A stretch of DNA of 64,000 nt from Nitrosopumilus sp. (GTDB lineage Archaea > Thermoproteota > Nitrososphaeria > Nitrososphaerales > Nitrosopumilaceae): NCBI GenBank assembly GCA_965207075.1, contig CBDBLO010000002.1, forward strand, positions 576,001 to 640,000, written 5' to 3'. A model generated the notes under the pieces. It made no database searches and was not told where the DNA came from. It worked only from the letters and a program-made list of their open reading frames with translations. Positions 39,497 through 49,051 of the stretch are shown here, piece by piece. The position numbers were made by a program, and so were the translations under genes. Within the stretch, counting starts at the first letter, position 1. Each line of letters begins with the position of its first letter.

Positions 39497-39618
39497 AAAG
39501 GGAATCAAGCGCGGTGGCGGCTATAATTATGGTGGCCGGCGGCTAGTCGCGGCAGTGCGGCGCAGCGTCCGGCCATGGCGCGGCGTGACCGTGCTTGCGG
39601 CCATCACCGCCGCAGCCA

Positions 39619-39921
39619 TCAGTCGTCTGCAAACGTCTCCCGCGACAGCCCCTCTGGAAGCGTCAGGTCTCCCTGCAGCAGGCTCCTTTGCAGCTGCATT
39701 ACAACCTCGTCCGGATCGTATCCTGCCTCCCTCAGGCCCCGTTCGGTCGACTCTGACAGCTTGGCCCCGATGTTCTGCCCGCCTATCCTGCCAAAGGCTA
39801 TGGCCTCGAATGGAAACTTCAGTGTGCCGTCAAGCGTGAACGTGCCGTCTATCTTGGCGGCCATCTGCGTGCCCCCTATCCCGATTATGTGCACGTCAAG
39901 GTTGGGCGGGTCGTCCTCCAT
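39619..39921 (-). CDS. Conserved hypothetical protein
   Basis: MEDDPPNLDVHII...AIAFGRIGGQN; tight operon-like spacing. Confidence 0.75.
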   Translation of the reverse strand: MEDDPPNLDVHIIGIGGTQMAAKIDGTFTLDGTLKFPFEAIAFGRIGGQNIGAKLSESTERGLREAGYDPDEVVMQLQRSLLQGDLTLPEGLSRETFADD

Positions 39922-39925
39922 GTAA

Positions 39926-40330
39926 TCAGATCTCCACGGCTTTGTTGACATAGTCATCAACAAGAAAGCTCCAGTGCTGGTCGTCGACGATCTCAAAGTT
40001 TGAGACGCGGAGCTTTATCACGCGCTCGTCGAGGCACTCGTGGCTTATCTCGTCGTCCTTCCTGAACTTTACAAGCTTCCACTTGTACCTGCCCTGCTGC
40101 AGCTTGCAGACGCTGACTGCCCACTTCTGATCCGCGTCTATGCGGGGCATCCCGACCAGATCCGCCAGCTCCTCGATTCCCAGCTGCTTTTCCTCGCAAA
40201 AGCGCTTTTTGCATGCGACGCAGCGCCACACGTCCACGGAGCCGATTGTCCGCTCGTTGACGTTGATGTTCACGACGCCAAAGTAGACCGGCTGGTGACT
40301 GCGGCACTCGGTGCCCTCATCCGACGACAT
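39926..40330 (-). CDS. Conserved hypothetical protein with Cys/His motifs
   Basis: MSSDEGTECRSHQPVYFG...WRCVACKKRFCEEKQ. Confidence 0.75.
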   Translation of the reverse strand: MSSDEGTECRSHQPVYFGVVNINVNERTIGSVDVWRCVACKKRFCEEKQLGIEELADLVGMPRIDADQKWAVSVCKLQQGRYKWKLVKFRKDDEISHECLDERVIKLRVSNFEIVDDQHWSFLVDDYVNKAVEI

Positions 40331-40352
40331 GATACGCGCGCCTCCCCGTCCT

Positions 40353-40706
40353 TTATTTAGTCCTTGCAGAGTCGTACGGCTCCTCGAGGGCCGCCCCGAC
40401 CGCATCCACCACCTTGTTGCGCCCAAACGGCCTGCCATCCCGCTCGCATATGCGCCTGAGCATGTTGACCGCGGTAAACCGGGGATGCATGGCCTCGAAC
40501 TTGGTATCGGGCATGTCAATGAAGGCGCCCAGCTCCACGAGTGACCTTGCAGAGTCGAGCGCCTCGGATGCTGGCACGTCAAGGCGGGAGGCAATCTCAT
40601 CAGGATTCATCATGCCGTCGCACGTGACAAGCAGGTACGTCTTTGCCTGGAGCGCGCTTATGCCCAGCTCCGACGTCAGATCATCCTCGATCTTTGATAA
40701 CGACAC
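40353..40706 (-). CDS. TrmB-like winged-helix protein
   Basis: LGISALQAKTYLLV...EIASRL...LVELGA...FEAMHP. Confidence 0.75.
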   Translation of the reverse strand: MSLSKIEDDLTSELGISALQAKTYLLVTCDGMMNPDEIASRLDVPASEALDSARSLVELGAFIDMPDTKFEAMHPRFTAVNMLRRICERDGRPFGRNKVVDAVGAALEEPYDSARTK

Positions 40707-40835
40707 AGCGCAGGTGGCACCAGGATGATAATAAAGCGTTTACAATGGTGCAGAGGCCGCCGCCGGGGCGGCAGTCCGCCTCCCTCTCCGCCGCCTCGTA
40801 CGATGCAGGGCATGGCGCGCCGGACGCGGCGGGGC

Positions 40836-41090
40836 CTACGACCCGGAAGGGGATGGCTCCCCGCCGCCCAGCAGCAGCCTCTTTGATATTTTGAGTGAAA
40901 AACCCATTGCGACAAAGTGCGTTATCACGCCGCTGACCGCGCCAATCATCATGTCGTCAAGCACCACCCACACCGCAAAGAACACGGCAAGTGACGGGGC
41001 CGTGACTATGGCGCCTATTATGGAGCCCTTTTTTACAATCTCCTTCGTGGTGAGCTTGGGCCTGGCAGCCTTTTTGTCATCAGACGTCAT
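40836..41090 (-). CDS. Small membrane protein (two TM helices)
   Basis: Two hydrophobic segments; start at MTSDDKK. Confidence 0.7.
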   Translation of the reverse strand: MTSDDKKAARPKLTTKEIVKKGSIIGAIVTAPSLAVFFAVWVVLDDMMIGAVSGVITHFVAMGFSLKISKRLLLGGGEPSPSGS

Positions 41091-41218
41091 TTGAACTGCC
41101 AAGCCTCCCCCCGCACAGCAATAAAAATCAGATCAAGCCCACCTAATCGATCTTGGCGCCCCTCCTAATTATTGGAATATCCGCGCCCCTCGGCAGGCCC
41201 TTTAAAGCAAAACCCCGG

Positions 41219-41981
41219 ATGAGGCCCGAGGCCGACGGCATACTCAGGAGGGTCGAGCGGTCCCACGCGGCGGGGTTCGACGAGACGAGCTGGAGCGACG
41301 GCGGCAGCCCCGCGTACGTGAACGCGGCGCAGTCAGGCGACTGCATCGCGGTAAGCATCGGCAGCAGCAGGGCCACCCTGATGCTGGATGCGATGGACGG
41401 GTTCCGCGGGGTTGCGACGACCGACGGGTACGGCGCGTACGACGGGTTCGGCGCGGACGGCAGGCACCAGGCGTGCTAGGCCCACCACCTCCGGGAGACG
41501 GGGCACCTGGCCAGAAAGTACGGCTGCGCCGTCCCGCCCGAAGTGAAGCGCGTCCGCCGCGAGCTGCACGAGGACCACCAGTCCGTATTCCACACGGCCA
41601 AACTGCTGGCCGCTCAGGGCGCGCACTCGCCGCGCCTGCGGCACGCGATGGACCGCGTGATGCAGGATATGATGGACGAATGCCGCCACAATGGAAGCAA
41701 CGATCCCGACATGCTCAAGGTGCTCGACAAGCTGCAGCGGCAGGCGCCGCGCATGTTTACATTCTTGGAGCACCCCGGCGTCGACCCCACGAACAACGCG
41801 AGCGAGAGGGCGCTGCGCTATACCGTGGTGTTCCGGAAGGTCATAGGGCAGACCAAGGGTGGCCCCCAAGCCATGAGGCGCCTGGCCGACTTTGCCACGT
41901 GCGTCCTCACGTGGCGGAGGCAGGGCAAGAGCGTGTACGAAGAGGTCGCCCGACTGATATAAGGGCCACGTGAACTCATAC
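41219..41981 (+). mobile_element. IS66-family transposase remnant with right terminal repeat
   Basis: DETSW, TDGYGAY, HQAC*AHHLRE (TAG where W is expected), PTNNASERALR; ends in CGTGAACTCATAC at 41969-41981. Confidence 0.85.
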
Positions 41982-42052
41982 GATCCGTCGATCAATAAGC
42001 TTTTCTGTGGTTGCCCACCATGAGGCGAAATTTTCAATGAGCGTTACTCTAG
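41981..42052 (-). mobile_element. Isolated left end of an IS630-like element, inverted
   Basis: Reverse complement matches 43486-43557 at 71/72 nt. Confidence 0.9.
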
Positions 42053-42180
42053 GAGTGAGATAAAGCCGTCAACCCGCGCAAGTCCGTGGTTGCCGCATTG
42101 CAGGTCCGAACCGCGCGGCCAAAAGGCACTCCAAATCTGGATAGACCTTCTTATATAAAGCATGAATACAAGTCGGTGCG

Positions 42181-42918
42181 GTGATTGCAAAAACACAAAA
42201 AACGATTATTGAGAAGAACGTCCTTGCCATATTGTTCCTAGCTGCGGGATTCGTGTTCGCGTGTTCTGCTCCATATGTGATGGCCGGCGACGGGGACGAG
42301 GGTATAAGCAACTACCTCTGGAGCAAGGCCAGCTCGGACGGACACAGATCGATGCTGGACTGTCTGGACGCACCCCATGCTGACATATGTGACATACCAT
42401 ATGACTTGGCTTCCAACATAAACAACATAGCTGGCGACCTCAGCACGTCACAGATACGAACCGAGGCGTCCCATGCCGAATCCAACGTGAATGGCTTCAA
42501 CGTCTACATAGACGTGAGGGAGGCATCCTCGTCTCAATTCGACGTAAGGCCGTCCAACCTCGGATCCGGCCTCACAGCGACATACATGTACGAACAGCAT
42601 TGCACACACTTTTGGTGGCGGGGGTGGTGCACAGACAGTGACTCGTACTTTGTCGACTTTGACATAAAGGTCAACACCAACAACGCCTTCGATTTCGGCA
42701 CCGACGAATCTTGTGACGGGGAGCTCCCGACCAAGTGGGATCTAGAGAAGGTACTGGGACACGTGTTATTCCACATGTTCGGTTCGGAACATGCCACTTC
42801 TTCAGATAGCATAGTATACAAAGGAGGATACGTCTGCGATACTGGCAAGGTTCCGACATCACACGACAAATCCGCAATAGACAGAAAGTTCGGTCCAAGA
42901 GTGATGTGGGTTGACTGA
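42181..42918 (+). CDS. Secreted matrixin/metzincin-like protein lacking the catalytic Glu
   Basis: Signal peptide; DFDIKVN; GHVLFHMFGSEH (HxxxHxxGxxH); SIVY at the Met-turn position; TTATATAAA upstream. Confidence 0.65.
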   Translation: MIAKTQKTIIEKNVLAILFLAAGFVFACSAPYVMAGDGDEGISNYLWSKASSDGHRSMLDCLDAPHADICDIPYDLASNINNIAGDLSTSQIRTEASHAESNVNGFNVYIDVREASSSQFDVRPSNLGSGLTATYMYEQHCTHFWWRGWCTDSDSYFVDFDIKVNTNNAFDFGTDESCDGELPTKWDLEKVLGHVLFHMFGSEHATSSDSIVYKGGYVCDTGKVPTSHDKSAIDRKFGPRVMWVD

Positions 42919-43489
42919 CAAGAAGAACGTCTTGCTTACCGTGGCGGCCGCCACCGCGGTACTTTCTGCTGTGCTCTATGGAGTGGGCCAGACGGGCGTC
43001 ACGGCCGAGAGGTTTGTGTGGGGACAGTACACCCCCTGGGACACTGAACGCATGTTCAAGCACTCTGATGCCGTCATACATGGCGCCGTCTTGAGCGCCG
43101 AAAAGGTGGTGCGCGAGGAGATGGAATACATCGACGACACTGACAAGGTGGAAAAGATTAGGAAGATGCCGTACCAGATACTGCAGATCAAGGTGAGCGA
43201 GTCCTTCAAGGGCGACTTAGACGGAACCGTGAAGGTCAGGGACAATCTAGACGCCATAGTGACTGAAAATGGCGAGAAGATACAGGTGAGGTACGACAAC
43301 TCTATTTCCTACGAAGGCGGTGAGGCAGGCATATTCTTCATCGATAAGATCGACGGAGAATACGTTCTAGATGGCCACTACGGGTTCTTTAAGCGCGACG
43401 ACACGTCGCTCAAGTCGGGTTTTCTGGGCGATGCCACCCCTGCGGACATAGAGAATGTAATACAAAATCTCTCTCAGCAGTACGACTAG
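42911..43489 (+). CDS. Secreted/membrane-anchored hypothetical protein, partner of the metzincin-like gene
   Basis: Overlaps upstream gene; N-terminal hydrophobic helix; SDAVIHGAV; stop TAG coincides with the IS630 end. Confidence 0.75.
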   Translation: MTDKKNVLLTVAAATAVLSAVLYGVGQTGVTAERFVWGQYTPWDTERMFKHSDAVIHGAVLSAEKVVREEMEYIDDTDKVEKIRKMPYQILQIKVSESFKGDLDGTVKVRDNLDAIVTENGEKIQVRYDNSISYEGGEAGIFFIDKIDGEYVLDGHYGFFKRDDTSLKSGFLGDATPADIENVIQNLSQQYD

Positions 43490-44487
43490 AGTAACGCTCA
43501 TTGAAAATTTCGCCTCATGATGGGCAACCACAGAAAAGCTTATTGATCGACGGATCGCCGAACCGTCCATGAACGAGAACAGCAGGAAGATCCGGGAGCT
43601 GAAGGAGGCCATGCGTGCAGAGAGGGACATCAGGATCCGCAACAGGATGATGGCGGTCCTGGGCGCGCTCAAGGGCCACTCTACAAGGACCGCATCTGAT
43701 TTTGCCGACGTGGACCAGCGAACGGCGCAACTGTGGGTTGCCCGGTTCAACGAGGGCGGCATCGGTGGCCTACGGGACGCTCCCGGGAGGGGCAGGGCTT
43801 CACGCGCCAAGTATGGGCGGATCAGGAGGCTTGCCGGCAGGCTTGCCGGCAGGAACATGCTCACCCCGAGAAAGCTGCGGAACTGGATACGCAGCAGGAT
43901 GCATGTCAGGCGCAGCCTGTGCAGCGTGCGCAGGATCCTGCGACACCTCGGGTTCTCATCCAAGAGGTCGACCACCCTGTACGCCTCGGCCGCCGACGAT
44001 GACACGGTAAGGCAGCGGCAGGCCGACGCCGCAGGCACAATACCGGGTGCAAAAAGGCGCGGCAGGAGGGGCAGGACCGTCGTGTTTGGCGCGCTTGCGG
44101 AGGACGGAACCGGATTGATGCGCAGTATGAAAGGTTTGACGGCCCGACGTTCGTAGGGTACCTCAGGGAGGTGCGCCGCAAGTGGGGCAGCGTCCTATTC
44201 GTAACGGACAACGCAAGCCAGCACAAGCACAGAGAGGTGAAAAAGTACCTGAAGGAACACGACGGGGTGGAGATCCTGTACCTGCCCACCGCGACGCCGA
44301 AGCTCAGCGCAGTCGAGTCCGTCTGGAGGGTTGCAAAATACATGCTTGCCGCCTCAGAACACTACGAGACGTGGGAGGATCTGACGCATCGGTGTCCGAG
44401 TATTTCAGGACGTGCTCAATCAGGCTTGACATATACAGATTTCTGCACCGCTGCGTATGAGGCGAAATTTTCAATGATCGTCACTCT
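43488..44487 (+). mobile_element. IS630-family element with degenerate transposase
   Basis: 30-bp terminal inverted repeats (43488-43517 / 44458-44487, 2 mismatches); HTH WVARFNEGGIGGLRDAPGRGR; DNASQH and LPTATPKLSAVESVW; frameshifts and internal deletion. Confidence 0.9.
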
Positions 44488-44763
44488 TGTGGCTCCATGT
44501 CTCCTTGCCCGCCCGTGACTTTTTCTCCTCCCGGCGCCGCCGTCCCTGCAAATGCATATGCCGAGTCCACCTGTCCCGTGGTTTCTGTGTGTTGGCAAGT
44601 TCGCCTTTGTGCTTCGGTACGCGCGGCCCGTAAAATGCTGTATGCGCCCAGGCCAATTCCGGGTTCGTTGCCATGCATGCGCTTCATCTTGTAATTCTGG
44701 GCGCAAGATCAACTGGCCTGTCGCCGTACCGAGTATAAATAAAAAAGAAAAATGTGGCGGCTG

Positions 44764-45375
44764 TCATCTTTGGACCTTTAGTCTGACAGCGTCTCTGACT
44801 TCCGCTAGGTCTATCGGGTCGTGTCCTACCACCTTGTCCAACTCGGTGGTAACCGTGGTCTTGCCTGAGACTATTGGATAGTAGTCTGCAAAGCCTGACA
44901 CGTACAAGCGCCTGTCGTTTTCAATCAGAAAGACGCCCTTGTCTCCCAAATTGTAGTCGAACGCATACACATTCATGTAAACGGCCTTGTGGCCGTCACT
45001 CGTACCGACTTCCACCCATACTAAGCGGTCATATACCGTAATGGTTTTGGGGTCCAAACCGACATCGTCTGCCAGTTTTTCCAGTATGCGGATCTTTATC
45101 TCTTTCATCGGCACGCGGTCGGCCCTGACAAACTCGTCACCGTTCTCATCAACGCCAGCGATCTCCTCTGTGAAGAGCTTGACATCAAGGCCCACTATCT
45201 CACCTATAACTACCGCGCCAGCCTTGTCGACAGACTCGGCAAAGGTGAGGCCGGTGTCCCATTGCGTCTTATTGGACACCACGACGGCCGGATCCATTTC
45301 AGCTAGTATGTATGGCGTCGATGCTGCAGCAATTATTATTATTGCTGTCATCAGGCCAAACTTTTTGCCAGTCAT
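44764..45375 (-). CDS. Secreted/membrane-anchored hypothetical protein, probable distant paralog of 42911..43489
   Basis: MTGKKFGL plus hydrophobic helix; W...ESVDKAGAVVIGEIV...P...IKI...YNLGDKGVFLI parallels W...SDAVIHGAV...PY...IKV...YEGGEAGIFFI. Confidence 0.7.
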   Translation of the reverse strand: MTGKKFGLMTAIIIIAAASTPYILAEMDPAVVVSNKTQWDTGLTFAESVDKAGAVVIGEIVGLDVKLFTEEIAGVDENGDEFVRADRVPMKEIKIRILEKLADDVGLDPKTITVYDRLVWVEVGTSDGHKAVYMNVYAFDYNLGDKGVFLIENDRRLYVSGFADYYPIVSGKTTVTTELDKVVGHDPIDLAEVRDAVRLKVQR

Positions 45376-45530
45376 GTATATCGGCTCTCCAAATCTATTG
45401 TCCGCCTGAATGCGTATCGACACCAGTCAATACCCGCGCGGTGGTGTGCAAACGCAGGCATCATCCCGATCGTATCGGCCAACACAGACGCCGTGGCAGA
45501 AGATCTCAATTCTTCATCTTTTACGGTCAT
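45372..45530 (-). pseudogene. 52-aa ORF, possibly an internally deleted secreted-protein gene
   Basis: MTVKDEELRSSATASVLADTIGMMPAFAHHRAGIDWCRYAFRRTIDLESRYT; TTATATAA upstream; ATGA overlap with the next gene. Confidence 0.4.
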
Positions 45531-45814
45531 TACACCCCCTTGCGCCCTACGTTATATAAGTAGATACATCCGTATCTGGAGTGCCTTTCTACATACGTGG
45601 AACCCCTCCTTTCTTACGGTGGCCAGTGCCATCTTGGAAGTCTGGACTGACGTTGCCCCCGCGCATGTTGACACGGCAGGTACCTTGTATGATGCGACAA
45701 AAGTTGCGCGGACTGCCTAACTACAGATGAGCTCACATGCGGCATCCGCAGAAATGCAAGTATTGCCTGCAATTCCAATGATTTTTTATTACATGTACGC
45801 GGGATATTGTACGG

Positions 45815-47098
45815 ATGGCGAGACTGACATACAGGATCACGGTACTAGTGACTGCGCAGATCTTTCTGATCGTTACAAGCTTTTTAATCATGATCCATTT
45901 CGAGTCGCAGCTGAACCTTGCAGGAAACGTAGTAAATGTAGCCGGAGAGAACAGGGTGCTGACGATTCTGGTGCGCGATGAGCTCAGGGACAAGTTATTC
46001 CAAGAGGGCAGCCAGGCGCTCGACGGAAACCGAACGCTTGCGGCGCTAGACGCGCTGGAGTCAAACATACTCTTCCTGAAGGAGGGCGGAACATCGTCTG
46101 GGATAGAGATCAGCCCGCTCTCGCCGCGCTTTGAGGGCGACTGGAACCTGATATGGGACATGTTTGGGCAATACAGGGCCGAGGTTCTGGAGCGCCTCTC
46201 TACTGATAACACTGCCACTGCCGCATCGATCACCGGCATCGACACCATAAAGCACACCGGTGACAGGCTTGTCGCGCTCTCCGACGAGCTCACCGACAAG
46301 CTTAGCCACGACGTGGACGTGCTTTTATCCAACCTCATACGTCTCCAGGTGCTTCTTGGCATCACCAACGTAGCGGCGCATATCTTCCTGATCTTCCTGA
46401 TCTGGAGAGTATTTAGCAGGCATACCGCGGAGATGGTCAGGATGGGAAAGATTACCGCAGTGGGCGAGCTTGCAGTCGCGATGGCCCACGACATGAAGAC
46501 TCCTCTTGGAATCATACAGAACTCGACTTCCCTGATCAGACATCGCGGGGGCGATTCCGATGTAATCGGATCTACCATCGGCAGGATGGAGCGCGCCGTA
46601 AGGAGGATGTCGCACCAGATCGACGGCATAATGAACAGCGTCCGCAACGTCCCGCTCGTGACGTCACCGACGTCCGTGTCGGAGATGCTGGGCAGATCCG
46701 TCGCCTACGTGGACATACCAGATACCATAAGGATCAGCATGCCCAAGGACGACGCGCTCGTCACGTGCGATCCGGCAAAGATGGAGATGGTCTTTGCCAA
46801 TCTTTTGCTGAACGCGATCCAGGCAATAGGCGACGACTACGGATACGTAACTATCAGGCTGGCGGATGGTGAAACGGTGACGATAGAGTTTGAGAATTCG
46901 GGACCCCCGATTCCGGCAAGCCACATGGCGTCCCTCTTCGAGCCTCTATTTACCACCAAGCCGCAGGGCACCGGCTTGGGACTTGCCAGCTGCAAGAACA
47001 TCGTGGAGCAACACGGGGGAAGCATCAGCGCCAGCCGAGATCCGGTCGTGTTTACGCTGCGACTCCCGAAGGCCGGGACAGGCCGCGAGAGGGGGTGA
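45815..47098 (+). CDS. Membrane sensor histidine kinase with PilJ/NarX-like sensor domain
   Basis: Two TMs, VNVAGENR, H-box AHDMKTPL, NLLLNAIQA, FEPLFTTK, GTGLGL. Confidence 0.92.
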   Translation: MARLTYRITVLVTAQIFLIVTSFLIMIHFESQLNLAGNVVNVAGENRVLTILVRDELRDKLFQEGSQALDGNRTLAALDALESNILFLKEGGTSSGIEISPLSPRFEGDWNLIWDMFGQYRAEVLERLSTDNTATAASITGIDTIKHTGDRLVALSDELTDKLSHDVDVLLSNLIRLQVLLGITNVAAHIFLIFLIWRVFSRHTAEMVRMGKITAVGELAVAMAHDMKTPLGIIQNSTSLIRHRGGDSDVIGSTIGRMERAVRRMSHQIDGIMNSVRNVPLVTSPTSVSEMLGRSVAYVDIPDTIRISMPKDDALVTCDPAKMEMVFANLLLNAIQAIGDDYGYVTIRLADGETVTIEFENSGPPIPASHMASLFEPLFTTKPQGTGLGLASCKNIVEQHGGSISASRDPVVFTLRLPKAGTGRERG

Positions 47099-47475
47099 TC
47101 GAGATGCCCGTCAAGCCCAAAAGGATCCTTGTGGTTGACGACGACCATGACTTTCTTGAGTCGATGCAGCTGCTACTGCTTGACTACGGGCACGAGGTGA
47201 TTCCCGCCTCAAACGGCAAGGAGGCCGTCGAAAAATATGCCGAGTATGGGCCCGACATCGTCTTGCTGGACTTTAAGATGCCCGGCATCGACGGCTATGA
47301 GACTCTGACGCACATAGTCAAACTCGACCCGGACGCGAGGGTTGTCCTCACCTCGGCCTATGCACTCGACGATGCGCAGTACAGAAGGGCGGTAGACATG
47401 TCGCTTTCAGGACTGCTGCCGAAGCCTATCGAGTTTGCAAACCTGGCAAAGGTAATCACTAGGCATGCAAAGTAG
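47095..47475 (+). CDS. Single-domain response regulator (REC)
   Basis: ILVVDDD, LLDFKMPGIDG, TS, KP. Confidence 0.93.
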   Translation: MIEMPVKPKRILVVDDDHDFLESMQLLLLDYGHEVIPASNGKEAVEKYAEYGPDIVLLDFKMPGIDGYETLTHIVKLDPDARVVLTSAYALDDAQYRRAVDMSLSGLLPKPIEFANLAKVITRHAK

Positions 47476-47486
47476 CTCGGGCGTCC

Positions 47487-48353
47487 TCAGAGAATCCAGC
47501 TGCTGTCCTTGGTAAGGGATCTCAGCCTCTCCCGGTAGCGATCTACCGCCTGCTCAAAAAATCTCCGGTACCACTCGCACATCTCGGGATCGCGCAGCAG
47601 CATCCTCCTGGCCCTGTCTATCCTGCCTTGGGACATTCTCGCGTTGGAGCTGGCCGACTTGTAATACATCATAAAGGTGTAGAACCAGTACGATATCTGG
47701 TCGGCCAAGTCTCCCTCGGAGATGGACTCGAACCTTCGGGCGTACTTGGTCTGCAGAAACGACATAATCTCGCAGAGCTGCGCGTTGCCGGACCCGGAGT
47801 TGTCCAGGAGGATCCCCTTGGCCAGGATCCTCAGCTTGTATATGTCCGTGCCCACTGCCGACTTGAGGGCTTCCCACTTGCCAAACACCTTGGGAAGAAC
47901 GCCTGCGTACATGCGGGCCATTCGATCCACATCGTCGCGGGACGGGTTCAGTACGTCCATGCAGTACAGTATTCCGTGCAGTGAGAGCCTGTATCTGCTG
48001 TAGGGCCCCTTCTTCTCCCTGACGACCAGTCCCAGGTCGAGCATGCCTCCGGACTGCTTTTTGGTGTCGTACCTTCCAAGGAACAGCCTCCTGTACGCCT
48101 TCTCCTTTGCCCTGATCAGCGATACGTCGGAGGTGCGCAGCATGAGCTTTGTCATGTCCCAGGTGGTACACGCCCCGTTTGCAAACATGATCTGGAGTAT
48201 GTCCTGCATTCCAGCCTGGTGCCTGCTCTTGGCGTTCGAGAAGCTCCCGTACAGTCTGTATGCCGCAGGCCGCGTGTAATACTTGTATGAGGCAAGGTTG
48301 CCGTACTGCGTGTCGTAGTTCTTTAGGTGTGGAGGAACACGGGGTTCTGACAT
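47487..48353 (-). CDS. Conserved hypothetical protein, possibly winged-helix
   Basis: 288-aa ORF; CTTWDM, YRLSLHGILYC. Confidence 0.75.
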   Translation of the reverse strand: MSEPRVPPHLKNYDTQYGNLASYKYYTRPAAYRLYGSFSNAKSRHQAGMQDILQIMFANGACTTWDMTKLMLRTSDVSLIRAKEKAYRRLFLGRYDTKKQSGGMLDLGLVVREKKGPYSRYRLSLHGILYCMDVLNPSRDDVDRMARMYAGVLPKVFGKWEALKSAVGTDIYKLRILAKGILLDNSGSGNAQLCEIMSFLQTKYARRFESISEGDLADQISYWFYTFMMYYKSASSNARMSQGRIDRARRMLLRDPEMCEWYRRFFEQAVDRYRERLRSLTKDSSWIL

Positions 48354-48554
48354 GTCAGGGCGCGCGGTGTACTGGTAATCTAAACTTTCTCAAACCCCCG
48401 TCGTACGCACGGGCCTTGACTCCACCCAGAGCAGAAAAAACTGATCAATTAGTATGCGAATTGGCCCAATCCTTGGATCCCGCTCCGCGGCGGCGCCTGC
48501 AGAGGTGACCGGCCCCGATGCCCCGCGCCCCCCAGATCAACATCGTTTTTATAT

Positions 48555-49037
48555 TTGGCAGATGCCGAGTCAACGTACTTGGCAAGTTACAAGGGAGCCT
48601 ACAGCAATGAGCGGTCGTTTGGAATAGCGCTTCCCGTTATAGCGATAATGTTTGTCGGAGCGGTCTACTTTATGTCGCAGAGAACCGACGCGGGGTTTGC
48701 AAGCTTTATCCTGGTGGGGGCGGGTGCCGTAACCATGATCTACTGGGTCCGCATGCTGCAGAGGATTGCGCAGGACCACAAGCCCGCATACACAAAGGCC
48801 AGGGAGCAGGAGAGCAAGAACTGGATGTACGACTTGATGAAGGGCGAGGGCGAGTCCGTGTTCGTAGCGGAGGTGCCGGGCCCCGAGGACAAGATAGCCG
48901 TCAGGCTGATCGACGGCGTGCTGTACATACGCGGCTCGGGCGGGTTCGGAAAGGAGGTTCCCATAGAGGGGGCGGAGCAGATGCAGATAGTGGACTTCAA
49001 GTACAGGAACGGCGTGCTCACGCTGAGAATCCGGTAG
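48555..49037 (+). CDS. Membrane protein with C-terminal Hsp20/alpha-crystallin-like domain
   Basis: Two TMs; VAEVPG; YRNGVLTL. Confidence 0.75.
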   Translation: MADAESTYLASYKGAYSNERSFGIALPVIAIMFVGAVYFMSQRTDAGFASFILVGAGAVTMIYWVRMLQRIAQDHKPAYTKAREQESKNWMYDLMKGEGESVFVAEVPGPEDKIAVRLIDGVLYIRGSGGFGKEVPIEGAEQMQIVDFKYRNGVLTLRIR

Positions 49038-49051
49038 CAGCCGTGCAGCAG

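Noticed and set aside
44490-44715. Possible further transposase remnant on the - strand
   Set aside because: Only vague similarity, no motif that can be assigned
45815-47475. Two-component pair as a novel system
   Set aside because: Ordinary sensor kinase plus single REC domain; no unusual features seen
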